Below, one piece after another: positions 18,177 to 27,682 of a DNA stretch of 64,000 nucleotides. Numbering within the stretch: position 1 is the first letter of the stretch; each line of letters starts with the position of its first letter. The position numbers and the translations under genes were made by a program. The notes under the pieces were generated by a model. It saw only the letters and a list, made by a program, of their open reading frames with translations. It was not told the origin of the DNA and did not search any database. The stretch is from Planctomycetota bacterium (GTDB lineage Bacteria > Planctomycetota > MHYJ01 > WSZJ01), in contig JBBTCT010000031.1 in NCBI GenBank assembly GCA_038060895.1, positions 1 through 64,000 on the forward strand, read 5' to 3'.

Positions 18177-20092
18177 GGTGTCCTCTTCGCCGGAGCCTCC
18201 GCTACAACCGGCGGTGGGGTCGCCGCCGGCGGCGGCGAAGCCACCTTCCCTCCCCCGCCCACTCCGTCCAGCACCCGCGCGTCGAGCTCCTTGGTCGCCT
18301 CGTAGTCCTTCCTCAACGCCACGAGGTCGTCGCCATACTTGTCCACGCGCTTCTTGAACTCCGCGTCGTCCCTCGAGCCGAGGTAGATGTCGAGCAGGTC
18401 GTCCTCGACGCGCGTGCGGCCCAGGATCATGTCGAGCTCGCCGACGATGAGGCGGAAGAGTTCGATCTTGCGGTCGAGGAGGTCGAGGAGCGCGACCTCG
18501 AGGGTGTCCTTGGCGATCAGGTTGACGACCTGGACTTCCTGCGTCTGCCCGAGACGGTGGACGCGGCCGATGCGCTGCTCGACGCGCATGGGGTTCCACG
18601 GAAGGTCGTAGTTCACGATGCGGCGGCAGTGCTGGAGGTTGACGCCCTGCCCAGCCGATTCCGTCGCGATGAGGACGCGCTTGTCGGCGCGGAAGGCGGC
18701 GACGGCGGCGTCCTTCTCGGCGCGCGACATCTCGCCGTGGAAGCTGACGAAGCTGACGTCCGCGAGCTTGAGACGCTCCTCGAGCATCGTCTGCGTCCGC
18801 CGGTACTGCGTGAACACGATGCACTTCTCCGTGTCCTGCCTCAGCTGGTCGCAGAGCCGCTCCGCCTTGCCGACTTTCTTCACCGCGTGGCACGCGTCGC
18901 GCAGTTCAGCGATCGCCTTCGCCGCCGGCCCGTCCTTCGCCCGCGGCGCGAGCTTCTCGTCCACCGTGAACGCCAGCGACTGCACGCTCGAACTGACCTG
19001 CTTCAGGATCGCCATCGCCACGAGCCGCGCGTTGTCCTCGTAAACCTGCGCGAATTCCGGCGAGCGCACGAACCGCGTCGCCAGGTCGTACACCTTCCGC
19101 TCCTCCGGCTCCAGATCGACATTCACCGTCGCCGCCCGCCGCGGCACGAACGTGATCCCCACCTCCGTGCGCCGGTTCCGCACCATCACCGCCTTCAGCA
19201 GCAGCTTCAGCCGCTCCGGGTCCTTGCACTTGCGCGGGTCCTTCGGGTCCAGGAACGCCTCCTTGAACTGCCCGATCGTGTACAGCTGCCCCGGCCGCAG
19301 CAGCGTGATCATGTTGTACAGCTCGATCAGGTCGTTCTGCACCGGCGTTGCCGACAGCAACAGCAGGAATTTTTTCCGAAGCGCGTTCACCAGCTTCCAG
19401 TTCTGCGTCCGGTGGTTCTTCAGGTTGTGCGCTTCGTCCACGATCACCAGCTCGTGCTGCATCTTGAGAAGCGCCTGCTGGTTCCGCGCGCCTTTCGCGG
19501 AGTCGATGGACGCGACGACGAGGCGCTTCGACCATTCCGACGAATCCGCGGGAATATGGAAATCGAGATCGAACTTCGTCTCCATCTCGTCGCGCCACTG
19601 CGACACGAGCGACGCCGGCGCCAGGACGAGCACGCGCCTCGTCAGCCCGCGGACGATCATCTCCTTGATGATGAACCCCGCTTCAATCGTCTTCCCGAGC
19701 CCGACCTCGTCGGCCAGCAGCGCGCGCCCGCCGAGTTCGCGCAGCACCTTCAGCGCCGTCGCCACCTGGTACTCGTGCGGCTCGATCTCGTGCACGAGGT
19801 CGAGCGAAAGCAGCCGGTCGAACGCGGGCGGAAGCGCGAACCTCTCGGCGTCGAAGCGCATGGTGAACGCTTCAGGAGTGTCGGGCTTGCCGTCGTGAAG
19901 CGCCTGCTCCCACGCCGTGCCGGGCTTCGGAGCCGGGATGGAACGCGGAGGAAGCGGCGGCAACGTCGGCACCATGTCCTCCGACGGCGGCAGCCGCGCG
20001 CCCAGGCCGCACTTGCAGCGCACGGGCTGGAGCGGCCAGCTTGCGAGGCGGTATCGTGAACCGCACGCGCCACATTGGAGGGTGGAAGGCAT
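18173..20092 (-). CDS. SNF2-family helicase, YqhH/RapA-like, with N-terminal Zn ribbon
   Basis: LADEVGLGKTIEAG, DEAH, LSATPVQN, GQGVNLQ, YDLPWNPMRVEQRIGRVHRLGQ; N-terminal CGAC...CKC. Confidence 0.92.
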   Translation of the reverse strand: MPSTLQCGACGSRYRLASWPLQPVRCKCGLGARLPPSEDMVPTLPPLPPRSIPAPKPGTAWEQALHDGKPDTPEAFTMRFDAERFALPPAFDRLLSLDLVHEIEPHEYQVATALKVLRELGGRALLADEVGLGKTIEAGFIIKEMIVRGLTRRVLVLAPASLVSQWRDEMETKFDLDFHIPADSSEWSKRLVVASIDSAKGARNQQALLKMQHELVIVDEAHNLKNHRTQNWKLVNALRKKFLLLLSATPVQNDLIELYNMITLLRPGQLYTIGQFKEAFLDPKDPRKCKDPERLKLLLKAVMVRNRRTEVGITFVPRRAATVNVDLEPEERKVYDLATRFVRSPEFAQVYEDNARLVAMAILKQVSSSVQSLAFTVDEKLAPRAKDGPAAKAIAELRDACHAVKKVGKAERLCDQLRQDTEKCIVFTQYRRTQTMLEERLKLADVSFVSFHGEMSRAEKDAAVAAFRADKRVLIATESAGQGVNLQHCRRIVNYDLPWNPMRVEQRIGRVHRLGQTQEVQVVNLIAKDTLEVALLDLLDRKIELFRLIVGELDMILGRTRVEDDLLDIYLGSRDDAEFKKRVDKYGDDLVALRKDYEATKELDARVLDGVGGGGKVASPPPAATPPPVVAEAPAKRTP

Positions 20093-20173
20093 GCGCGCAG
20101 TATACGGTCGGCCGACGGCGGCGACCGCTGACGCGCTTGTTCCGAAATGAAGTGTTCAGCTACGATCCTCTTC

Positions 20174-21835
20174 GTGCTTCCGCGACTCTTATCCGTTCTC
20201 TTCCTTGCCGGTTTCCTCGCGCTTCGGGTCCGCGCGGAGGATGCCTGGCTGGATGACCCGCCGCTCAATTTCGAGGGCGAGGATGGAAAGCGGCCCTCCC
20301 CGATGCCGGCACCGGAGCCGTGGCCGGACGAGAAGGCGTTCAAGTCCGGAGAGGCGGCGGTGCTTCCCCATCTTCGGATCGAGGGGTACGCCTACCGCAA
20401 GCAGCAGTGCCTGTGGCTCGATGTTTTCGAGAAGCCGGATGGGACACTCGAAGCGCGCCGCCTGATCTACTACCGCGTGGGCAAGTTCGACGACGACTGC
20501 GCGGCGTTCGAGGCGGACCTGGGAAACGGCATCTTCCTGGCGCTGAAGGTCGACGAGAAGGTCGAGCCGCTGTGGAGACAGGAGGGGGCCGACAAAAACC
20601 GTCCCAACACGTGGAAGCCGAACGTGAAGGCGGCGTGGTTCGGGAAGAAGGGCAAGAAGCCCGCGACGGCGAAGGTGGCCGCGCCCGGCGACCAGGCCAC
20701 CAGTCCCAAGGACAGCCACGTGATCTATCACCGCGCAACGAACGCCGTCGTCACCGGACCGGACGCGACAGTCCGCGAGCCGAATCTGGACTGGAGCGAC
20801 CTCATCGAAAGCCTGGATCCGTACTCCAAGGATCCGCTCAAGCCGAAGGAACTGTCCGGTGAGATGACCATTCCCCGCAGAGGGTCGCAGGGCGTCATGT
20901 TGCAGGACGGCAGGGTGCTTTTCGTGGGCGGCTGGGTGGACAAGGTCGCAGTCGACTCCGCGGAGATCTTCGACGCGTCCACGGGAAAGTTCACGAAGAC
21001 CGGCTCATGCCACAACGCGCAGGGTTGGTGCACGCTGTCCGTTTGCGGCGACGGCCGCGTCCTCCTCGTCCCGGGCTATGGAGGACCGGACAAATCGGCG
21101 CCTGAGCTGTACGACCCGAAGAAGGGGATGTGGGAACTCGCGCCTGTCCTGGATCGCACGTGGTACACGCCGGTCTCGGAGTCGCTCGCGGACGGTCGCG
21201 TCCTGGTTTACTTCCGCAATTACAACGAGCAGGACACGCCCGCTGACATCTTCGACCCAAAGACAATGTCCTGGTCGCAGACTCCGAAAGTCGTGGTCCT
21301 TCACCCGACCGCCACACTCACCCGGCTCCCGTGCGGCCGCATCCTCCTCGTCGGCCGCGGCGGATCCCTGGGCGGCAATATCGGGGAATCCATCGCGCGC
21401 CTCTATGACCCCGGGAAGAACTCCTGGAAAGACGCCGGCGCGCCTGCCGACGTGCGCTGCATGGGGGCGACCATCCTGCTCCAGGACGGGCGAGTCCTCG
21501 TCGCCGGGGGAGCGCACTTCAAGCCGAGCGCAGAAATCTACGATCCTGGGACAGACAAGTGGACATACACCGGCGACATGGCGACTGATCGCTCCAGCCA
21601 GGCCATGACCGTGCTTCAGGACGGCCCCGTCCTCGCCATCGGCGGGTCGTTCCCGATGCCTTCCCCGCCGGACCTCCCCGTCGGGGAGATCCTCAACCTG
21701 AAGACTCTTCAGTGGACCGCAGCGGCCAGGGACGCCGACATCGGAAGTGACCCGCTCGCCTTCACACTCGCCGACGGCAGTGTCCTGGTCGTTTCGGGCA
21801 ACGGAGAGGCCGCCTGGTTCACCGTCGGGAAATGA
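20174..21835 (+). CDS. Secreted Kelch-repeat beta-propeller protein
   Basis: Signal peptide; repeated LxDGRVLxxGG...AEIYDP...W units; GTG 20174 follows TACGAT by 7 nt. Confidence 0.85.
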   Translation: MLPRLLSVLFLAGFLALRVRAEDAWLDDPPLNFEGEDGKRPSPMPAPEPWPDEKAFKSGEAAVLPHLRIEGYAYRKQQCLWLDVFEKPDGTLEARRLIYYRVGKFDDDCAAFEADLGNGIFLALKVDEKVEPLWRQEGADKNRPNTWKPNVKAAWFGKKGKKPATAKVAAPGDQATSPKDSHVIYHRATNAVVTGPDATVREPNLDWSDLIESLDPYSKDPLKPKELSGEMTIPRRGSQGVMLQDGRVLFVGGWVDKVAVDSAEIFDASTGKFTKTGSCHNAQGWCTLSVCGDGRVLLVPGYGGPDKSAPELYDPKKGMWELAPVLDRTWYTPVSESLADGRVLVYFRNYNEQDTPADIFDPKTMSWSQTPKVVVLHPTATLTRLPCGRILLVGRGGSLGGNIGESIARLYDPGKNSWKDAGAPADVRCMGATILLQDGRVLVAGGAHFKPSAEIYDPGTDKWTYTGDMATDRSSQAMTVLQDGPVLAIGGSFPMPSPPDLPVGEILNLKTLQWTAAARDADIGSDPLAFTLADGSVLVVSGNGEAAWFTVGK

Positions 21836-21908
21836 AGCAAGGCCGGCTCGGCCTGTCAGTACACTTCTGCGGACACGCTTTTCGATCCGCATCCACCCAG
21901 GGAAAACC

Positions 21909-22397
21909 ATGGCCATCCGCGTCCTCGTCACCGGCGGCACGTTCGACAAGGAGTACAACGAGCTCACGGGCGAGCTGTACTTCAAGGACACCCACCTCCA
22001 GGAAATGCTCGCGCTCGGCCGCTGCAACGTCGTCGTGGAAGTGAGCACGCTCATGATGGTGGACAGCCTCGACATGACCGACGGCGACCGCGCGGTCATC
22101 CTCGAGCGGTGCCGCAAGGCACGCGAAGAACGCATCGTCGTCACGCACGGGACGGACACGATGGAAGTCACGGCGCGCGCGCTCGGGCCGCACCTCACGA
22201 ACAAAATCGTCGTCCTCACGGGCGCGATGATTCCCTGGAAGTTCGGCAGCTCCGACGGGCTGTTCAACCTGGGAAGTGCGCTGGCGTTCGTGCAGGCCCT
22301 TCCCCACGGCGTGTACATCGCCATGAACGGCAAGTGCTTCAACTGGCAGAACGTGCGGAAAAACAAAAAGACGGGAGTTTTCGAGGAGATGGCGTGA
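21909..22397 (+). CDS. Short asparaginase (catalytic N-terminal domain only)
   Basis: TGGTFDK, DSLDMT, THGTDTM, VLTGAM. Confidence 0.88.
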   Translation: MAIRVLVTGGTFDKEYNELTGELYFKDTHLQEMLALGRCNVVVEVSTLMMVDSLDMTDGDRAVILERCRKAREERIVVTHGTDTMEVTARALGPHLTNKIVVLTGAMIPWKFGSSDGLFNLGSALAFVQALPHGVYIAMNGKCFNWQNVRKNKKTGVFEEMA

Positions 22398-22930
22398 GCC
22401 GCCCGGCACTGAGCACGTCTCGACTCCTGCTGAGCCCGGCCAGTACGGGAGACGCGCAGGGGCTTCAGTCGATCTGGAACGAATCCGAAGTCCGCAAGTA
22501 CCTCTGGGACGACAAGCCCGTCTCGATCGAGCTCGCGCGGGAGGTGGTGGATGCCGGGAACCTCGCGTTCCGCGAGCGCGGATTCGGGCTCTGGTGCGTG
22601 AACCTGACGCACTCGGGAGTGCTCGCGGGATTCTGCGGGCTGCGCGGATTCGGCGATGCGGGAGAGATCGAAATTCTGTTCGGTCTCGGGCCTTCGAGAA
22701 CCGGCCAGGGATACGCCACTGAAGCGGTGAAAGCGGTGCTGGCGCACGGGTTCGGCGCCTGCGCGCTACCGGAAATCTGGGGACGCGTCGATGAACCGAA
22801 TGTGCGCAGCATCAAACTCCTCGAGCGCGTCGGAATGACCCGCCGGCGCACCGGGCCGGGCAAGCGCTTCCCCCTTCTTGAGTACGCACTCGCACGGGGG
22901 AATTCTTCGACGGAACCGGGGGGGAAGTAG
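22394..22930 (+). CDS. GNAT acetyltransferase, RimJ/RimL-like
   Basis: GFCGL, EIEILFGL...GQGYATEA, NVRSIKLLERVGM. Confidence 0.88.
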   Translation: MSRPALSTSRLLLSPASTGDAQGLQSIWNESEVRKYLWDDKPVSIELAREVVDAGNLAFRERGFGLWCVNLTHSGVLAGFCGLRGFGDAGEIEILFGLGPSRTGQGYATEAVKAVLAHGFGACALPEIWGRVDEPNVRSIKLLERVGMTRRRTGPGKRFPLLEYALARGNSSTEPGGK

Positions 22931-22961
22931 GGGTACGAAGGAAGGCCGACATTTGTGGGTT

Positions 22962-23054
22962 GAAGGTCAAAGGTCGAAAGTAACGACCGGGTTCCAACCG
23001 TCGCGCGTCGCGTCGGCACTTCGACCTTCGACCTTCGACTTTCGACCTTCGACC
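22962..23054. repeat. Heptamer fold-back (AAGGTCG / CTTCGAC x5)
   Basis: GAAGGTCAAAGGTCGAAAGT at 22962-22981 and five CTTCGAC-type units at 23019-23053. Confidence 0.85.
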
Positions 23055-23069
23055 CCCTACCATGCGCCC

Positions 23070-23894
23070 ATGCCGTGGTTCGCTTACTCCACCAACGCGT
23101 TCCTGCGCTTCAGCACCCCCGCCGCGCTGTCGAAGATTGCGGCGCTGGGATTCGAAGGCGCCGAGATTCTCATGGACCGCCCGCACGTGTGGCCGTACGA
23201 CACGATCGCGGTCGCGGCGGCGGCGGCGGCGATGAGGCGGACCCGCCTGCGGCTTTCGAACGTGAACATCAACACGGCGATGGGGCTCGACGGCGGGATC
23301 TGCCGCGACGGCCCGGGCCCCGCGCTTTCCGACAAGGACCCCGGACGCGTCGGCGCCCGCATCCGCTACATCCAGGCCGCGCTTCGCGGCGCCTGGGCGA
23401 TCGGCGCGACGTCGGCGAGCGTCACGACGGGCCCGGCGCGTGCGGGCGCGTGGAAGCCTGCTATGGAAGCGCTCGGCCAGCTCGCGGAGCTCGCCCAGTC
23501 GGTCGGCATCCGGCTCGGGCTTGAATACGAGCCCGGGTTCCTGGTGGGCGACGTGAAGACGCTTTTGAAGGCCTGGAAGGACGTTGGCCACCCGGCCCTG
23601 GGAGCGAATCTCGACCTCGGGCACGCGCAGGTCGCCGGCGAGAACCTGCAGAGGACGATCGACCTGTGCGCCGGCCGCACCTGGAACATCCACGTCGAGG
23701 ACATCAAGGGGCGGGTCCACAAGCACCTCCCCGTCGGCGACGGCAACATGCCATGGGCGAAGATTGCAGCGGCGCTGAGGGATACGAAGTATGAGGGGCC
23801 CCTCACGCTCGAGCTCTACACGTGCGACAAGACGCCGGTGGAAGCTGGGAAAAAGTCGCTGAAGAAGCTGCGGGAGATTTTCGGCAAGGCTTAA
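23070..23894 (+). CDS. Sugar phosphate isomerase/epimerase (xylose-isomerase-like TIM barrel)
   Basis: GFEGAEI, LEYEPG, NLDLGH, IHVED, HKHLPVGDG, LTLELY. Confidence 0.85.
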   Translation: MPWFAYSTNAFLRFSTPAALSKIAALGFEGAEILMDRPHVWPYDTIAVAAAAAAMRRTRLRLSNVNINTAMGLDGGICRDGPGPALSDKDPGRVGARIRYIQAALRGAWAIGATSASVTTGPARAGAWKPAMEALGQLAELAQSVGIRLGLEYEPGFLVGDVKTLLKAWKDVGHPALGANLDLGHAQVAGENLQRTIDLCAGRTWNIHVEDIKGRVHKHLPVGDGNMPWAKIAAALRDTKYEGPLTLELYTCDKTPVEAGKKSLKKLREIFGKA

Positions 23895-23895
23895 T

Positions 23896-24043
23896 TGGCC
23901 GAATCCGCGGCCGTTTCCGCGTCATCCTGCTTTTATCCGCGAATTCCTTTTTTTGGAAAATCCTTCGAAATTGCTTTTGAAGAGCAGGAACAGAATTCGC
24001 GGATAACGACCGGATCCCGCGGAAACGGCCGCGGATACAGCCA
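23896..24043. repeat. ~150 bp MITE-like imperfect palindrome between convergent genes
   Basis: ATCCGCGGCCGTTTCCGCG / CGCGGAAACGGCCGCGGAT and TTATCCGCGAATTC / GAATTCGCGGATAA arms around an AT-rich core. Confidence 0.85.
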
Positions 24044-24059
24044 CTTCAATGAGATGGCG

Positions 24060-24581
24060 CTACTTCTTCCGCTCTGCTTTCAGCACAACCATCGGCGACA
24101 TCGTCTTCTCCCCTTGCACGCTGTTCCACGCCTGCTCCATGTGGTCCTTGTCCGTGATCTTCATCGTCATCGACCCCATGTAGAACGCGTCGGCGGCCGG
24201 GAGCGTGACGCTCTCAAACACGAAGTCGAACTTCCCGCCAGCCCCCGACGTCGCACGCATGTGCGGCTGGTTACCGGCGTGGCAGTAGTGCACGAGCACG
24301 ATGTCGTTGCCATCCATGCAGTAGACGTTCGTCATCTCGTTCTCGGTGCCCGGGAAAATCCGCTCGCGGATGATGGAACCGCCGGAGCTGACCTCGATGA
24401 CAAGCGCGGTCACCTTCTTGCCGTCCTTGCCGGTCATTTCCCACTCGCCGGCGAGGGCGACGAGCGGTTCCCACATTTCTTTTTTCCTCTCCGCCGAAGC
24501 CTCCGGTGTGACACGGGCGCCGGAGCCCGAGGCGCAGCCGGCGACGGCGATCAGGCACATGCCCAGGGCGATGCGCTTCAT
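24060..24581 (-). CDS. Lipoprotein of unknown function
   Basis: Lipobox VAGC; EMTNVY...LVHYCHAGNQPHM motif; SD GAGGAG. Confidence 0.8.
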   Translation of the reverse strand: MKRIALGMCLIAVAGCASGSGARVTPEASAERKKEMWEPLVALAGEWEMTGKDGKKVTALVIEVSSGGSIIRERIFPGTENEMTNVYCMDGNDIVLVHYCHAGNQPHMRATSGAGGKFDFVFESVTLPAADAFYMGSMTMKITDKDHMEQAWNSVQGEKTMSPMVVLKAERKK

Positions 24582-24926
24582 TTCCCATCTCCTCTCAAGA
24601 GTAATTCTTGTGAACCGTTCGAGGGCGCATCGACATGGATATCACGCTCCCTCCCAGGTCCCCGGAACTCCAGCGGGCGGAACGGCGCATCCTAATTCGG
24701 TGTGCCCTGCCTGGGAAGTTGAGAGAGGTTTTCAGGTGCATGGCCGGTATTGCAACGACTGACGGTCGCCCTGGTCGGAGAGATTCCGTGTCTCTCCGTT
24801 CCTCGTGGCCGGGTTGATTCCAACGGGCTTCCCCGAACCTTTCGGCCACGATACCGCATAGATATCATGCGCCGTCCCTGAGGCCGGCTTTTGCTGACGG
24901 CGGGAATGCGCTGGGTTGACCGCGGT

Positions 24927-24953
24927 GGGCAAGGGCAAGGGCAAGGGCAAGGG
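24927..24953 (+). repeat. (GGGCAA)4GGG tandem repeat
   Basis: Exact hexamer array ending 14 nt before valS ATG. Confidence 0.9.
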
Positions 24954-24967
24954 AGAATGAACTCAGC

Positions 24968-27661
24968 ATGACTCTTGAAATTCCGACACGCTTCGAACCC
25001 GCAAAGCGGGAGGCCGCAATCTATGCCGGCTGGAAGGCCGCTAACCGCTTCACGGCCAATCCCGCCTCCAAGAAACAGCCCTTCGTCATCGTCATCCCCC
25101 CGCCCAACGTCACCGGCTCGCTCCACATGGGCCACTGCCTCAACAACACGCTCCAGGACATCCTCACGCGCTGGAAGCGCATGTCCGGCTTCGAAGCGCT
25201 CTGGCTCCCGGGCACCGACCACGCGGGGATCGCGACCCAGAACGTCGTCGAGAAGGAACTCCGCAAGGAGAAGACCAACCGCCATGCCCTCGGCCGCGAG
25301 AAGTTCCTCGAGCGCGTCTGGGCCTGGAAGGAACAATACGGGAACACGATCCTCATGCAGCTCGAGCGCATGGGCTGCTCCTGCGACTGGACACGGACGC
25401 GCTTCACGATGGACGCGCCGTACTCGCAGGCGATCCGCGTCGCGTTCGTGCAGCTGTACAAGAAAGGGCTGATCTACAAGGGCAAGCGCATCATCAACTG
25501 GTGCCCGCGGTGCACGACCGCGCTGTCGGACATCGAGCTGCGCGACCAGCCGGACGACAAGGGCAAGCTCTACCACATCAAGTACCCGGTGGCCGGCGGA
25601 GGCGAACTCACCGTCGCGACGACGCGCCCCGAGACGATGCTCGGCGACACAGGCGTTGCCGTGCACCCGGACGACGCGCGCTACAAGGCAATGGTCGGCA
25701 AGAAAGTGATCCTGCCGCTGGTGAAGCGCGAGATCCCGATCGTCGCCGACACGTTCGTGGACCCAAAATTCGGAACCGGCGCGGTCAAGGTCACGCCGGC
25801 CCACGACGCCAACGACTACGAGTGCAGCCAGCGCTGCAAACTCGAAGCGATCTGCATCATGGACGAGCGCGGCGTCATGAACGCCAACGCCGGGCGATTC
25901 GCGGGACTCGAGCGGTTCGAGGCGCGTAAACAGGTCGTCGCGGCGCTCGAGGCCGAAGGTTTCCTTGCGGGCACTTCCGACCACGTCGTCCCGCTCGCCG
26001 TCTGCGACCGGTGCGACACGATCGTGGAGCCGTACCTGAGCGATCAATGGTTCGTGAAGATGAAGCCGCTCGCCGAGCCGGCTGCGGAGGCGGTGCGCAG
26101 CGGGCGTGTCAAATTCATGCCCGAGCGTTGGACCAAGATCTACCTCGACTGGGTCGACAACACGCGCGACTGGTGCGTGTCGCGCCAGCTCTGGTGGGGA
26201 CACCAGATCCCGGCCTGGAAATGCATCGACTGCGGCGCCTACACGGTTGAGACGACCGACCCGAAGAACTGCGGCAAGTGCGGCTCGGCGGGCATTAAGC
26301 AGGAAGAGGACGTGCTCGACACGTGGTTCTCGAGCGGCCTCTGGCCCTTCGCGACCCTCGGCTGGCCGGAGAAAACCGCCGACCTCGCGAAGTTCTACCC
26401 GACCTCCGTCCTCGCGACCGACCGCGGCATCATCTACCTCTGGGTCGCCCGCATGATCATGAACGGCCTCGAGTTCATGGGGAAAGAGCCGTACCACACC
26501 GTCATCATCCACCCGACCATCCTCACGGACGATGGGAAGAGGATGTCGAAATCCAAGGGCACCGGCCTCGACCCGCTCACGCTTCTCGACACCTTCGGCG
26601 CCGACGCGACGCGCTTCGCCATGTCCCGCCTCGTCACTACGTCGCAGGACATGCGCTTCGGCACCAACATCTCGAAAACCAAGGGCGAAGAAGGCCAGCG
26701 CTTCATGACGAAGTTCTTCAACGCCGCGCGCTTCGTCCTCATGTCCCTCGACGGCACCGACAAGGCCGGCGCGCTCGCAGGGGCCGCTTCGCTTGCCAAC
26801 GGCGACACGATCCCCGGGCTCGCATTCGAAGACCGCTGGATCCTGTCGCGCCTGAACACCACGATCCGCACCGTAGACGCCGCCCTCCAGCGTTACGAAT
26901 TCGGCGAAGCTTCCGCCCAGATGTACTCCTTCGCCTGGTTCGAGTACTGCGACTGGTACATCGAGCTCGCGAAGCCGCGCCTCGCCCGCCCCGACGGCGC
27001 CGCCGCGCGCGCGACGCTCCTCCACGTCCTCGACTCGCTCACGCGCCTCATGCACCCGATCATGCCCTTCGTGACCGAAGAGGTCTGGCAGTCCCTCCGC
27101 GCCTTCGACCCGAAGCGCGAGGAAAGCGTGATGATCGCGACGTGGCCCAAAGCCGACGCCGCGCGCGTCGATCTCGACGCCGAGAAAACCGCCGGCGCAC
27201 TCATGGAAATCGTCCGCGCCGTGCGCGAAGTGCGCTCGAAGTACAACATCCCGCCGAAGCAGGCGCTGGCCGCCGCTCTTTCGGTGCCCGACGCCGCGAC
27301 CGCGAAGTCCCTCGCCGCCCACGCCCAGCTCGTCCAGGACTCCGCCAACCTCACCAGGCTCGACGTCGGCGCCGGCCTCACTCCGCCGCCGTCCTCCGCA
27401 ACCCAGGTCATCGCCGGCGCCCAGCTCTACATCCCGCTAGCCGGCATCGTCGACCCCGCGAAGGAAAAGGAACGCCTCGAGAGCGCGAAAAAGAAAGCCA
27501 CCGAAGCTGCCACCGCCATCCGCCGCAAGCTCGACGACGCCAAGTTCGTGGCGAACGCGCCGCCGGAGCTGGTGGGCAAGGAACGCGCGCGGCTTGAGGA
27601 GTTGGACGACCAGTTGGCGAAGGTGGAGAAGAGCCTCGAGGAACTCAAGACCTGGAAGTGA
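24968..27661 (+). CDS. valS: Valine--tRNA ligase
   Basis: PPPNVTGSLHMGH, GTDHAGIATQ, DWCVSRQLWWGH, DTWFSS, RMSKS, C-terminal coiled coil FVANAP. Confidence 0.98.
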   Translation: MTLEIPTRFEPAKREAAIYAGWKAANRFTANPASKKQPFVIVIPPPNVTGSLHMGHCLNNTLQDILTRWKRMSGFEALWLPGTDHAGIATQNVVEKELRKEKTNRHALGREKFLERVWAWKEQYGNTILMQLERMGCSCDWTRTRFTMDAPYSQAIRVAFVQLYKKGLIYKGKRIINWCPRCTTALSDIELRDQPDDKGKLYHIKYPVAGGGELTVATTRPETMLGDTGVAVHPDDARYKAMVGKKVILPLVKREIPIVADTFVDPKFGTGAVKVTPAHDANDYECSQRCKLEAICIMDERGVMNANAGRFAGLERFEARKQVVAALEAEGFLAGTSDHVVPLAVCDRCDTIVEPYLSDQWFVKMKPLAEPAAEAVRSGRVKFMPERWTKIYLDWVDNTRDWCVSRQLWWGHQIPAWKCIDCGAYTVETTDPKNCGKCGSAGIKQEEDVLDTWFSSGLWPFATLGWPEKTADLAKFYPTSVLATDRGIIYLWVARMIMNGLEFMGKEPYHTVIIHPTILTDDGKRMSKSKGTGLDPLTLLDTFGADATRFAMSRLVTTSQDMRFGTNISKTKGEEGQRFMTKFFNAARFVLMSLDGTDKAGALAGAASLANGDTIPGLAFEDRWILSRLNTTIRTVDAALQRYEFGEASAQMYSFAWFEYCDWYIELAKPRLARPDGAAARATLLHVLDSLTRLMHPIMPFVTEEVWQSLRAFDPKREESVMIATWPKADAARVDLDAEKTAGALMEIVRAVREVRSKYNIPPKQALAAALSVPDAATAKSLAAHAQLVQDSANLTRLDVGAGLTPPPSSATQVIAGAQLYIPLAGIVDPAKEKERLESAKKKATEAATAIRRKLDDAKFVANAPPELVGKERARLEELDDQLAKVEKSLEELKTWK

Positions 27662-27682
27662 TGCCGAATCCGGAGTATCCAG

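Noticed and set aside
18173-20092. SNF2 helicase as part of DISARM, Zorya or similar defence system
   Set aside because: No methylase, PLD nuclease or other partner genes nearby; sequence fits the YqhH type
22962-23054. Possible CRISPR array in repeat-rich spacers
   Set aside because: Units are 6-10 nt tandem repeats without unique spacers; no cas genes in the window
24600-24967. T-box or glycine riboswitch upstream of valS or the lipoprotein gene
   Set aside because: No T-box bulge consensus or complete glycine aptamer motif found; kept only as an unassigned structured region
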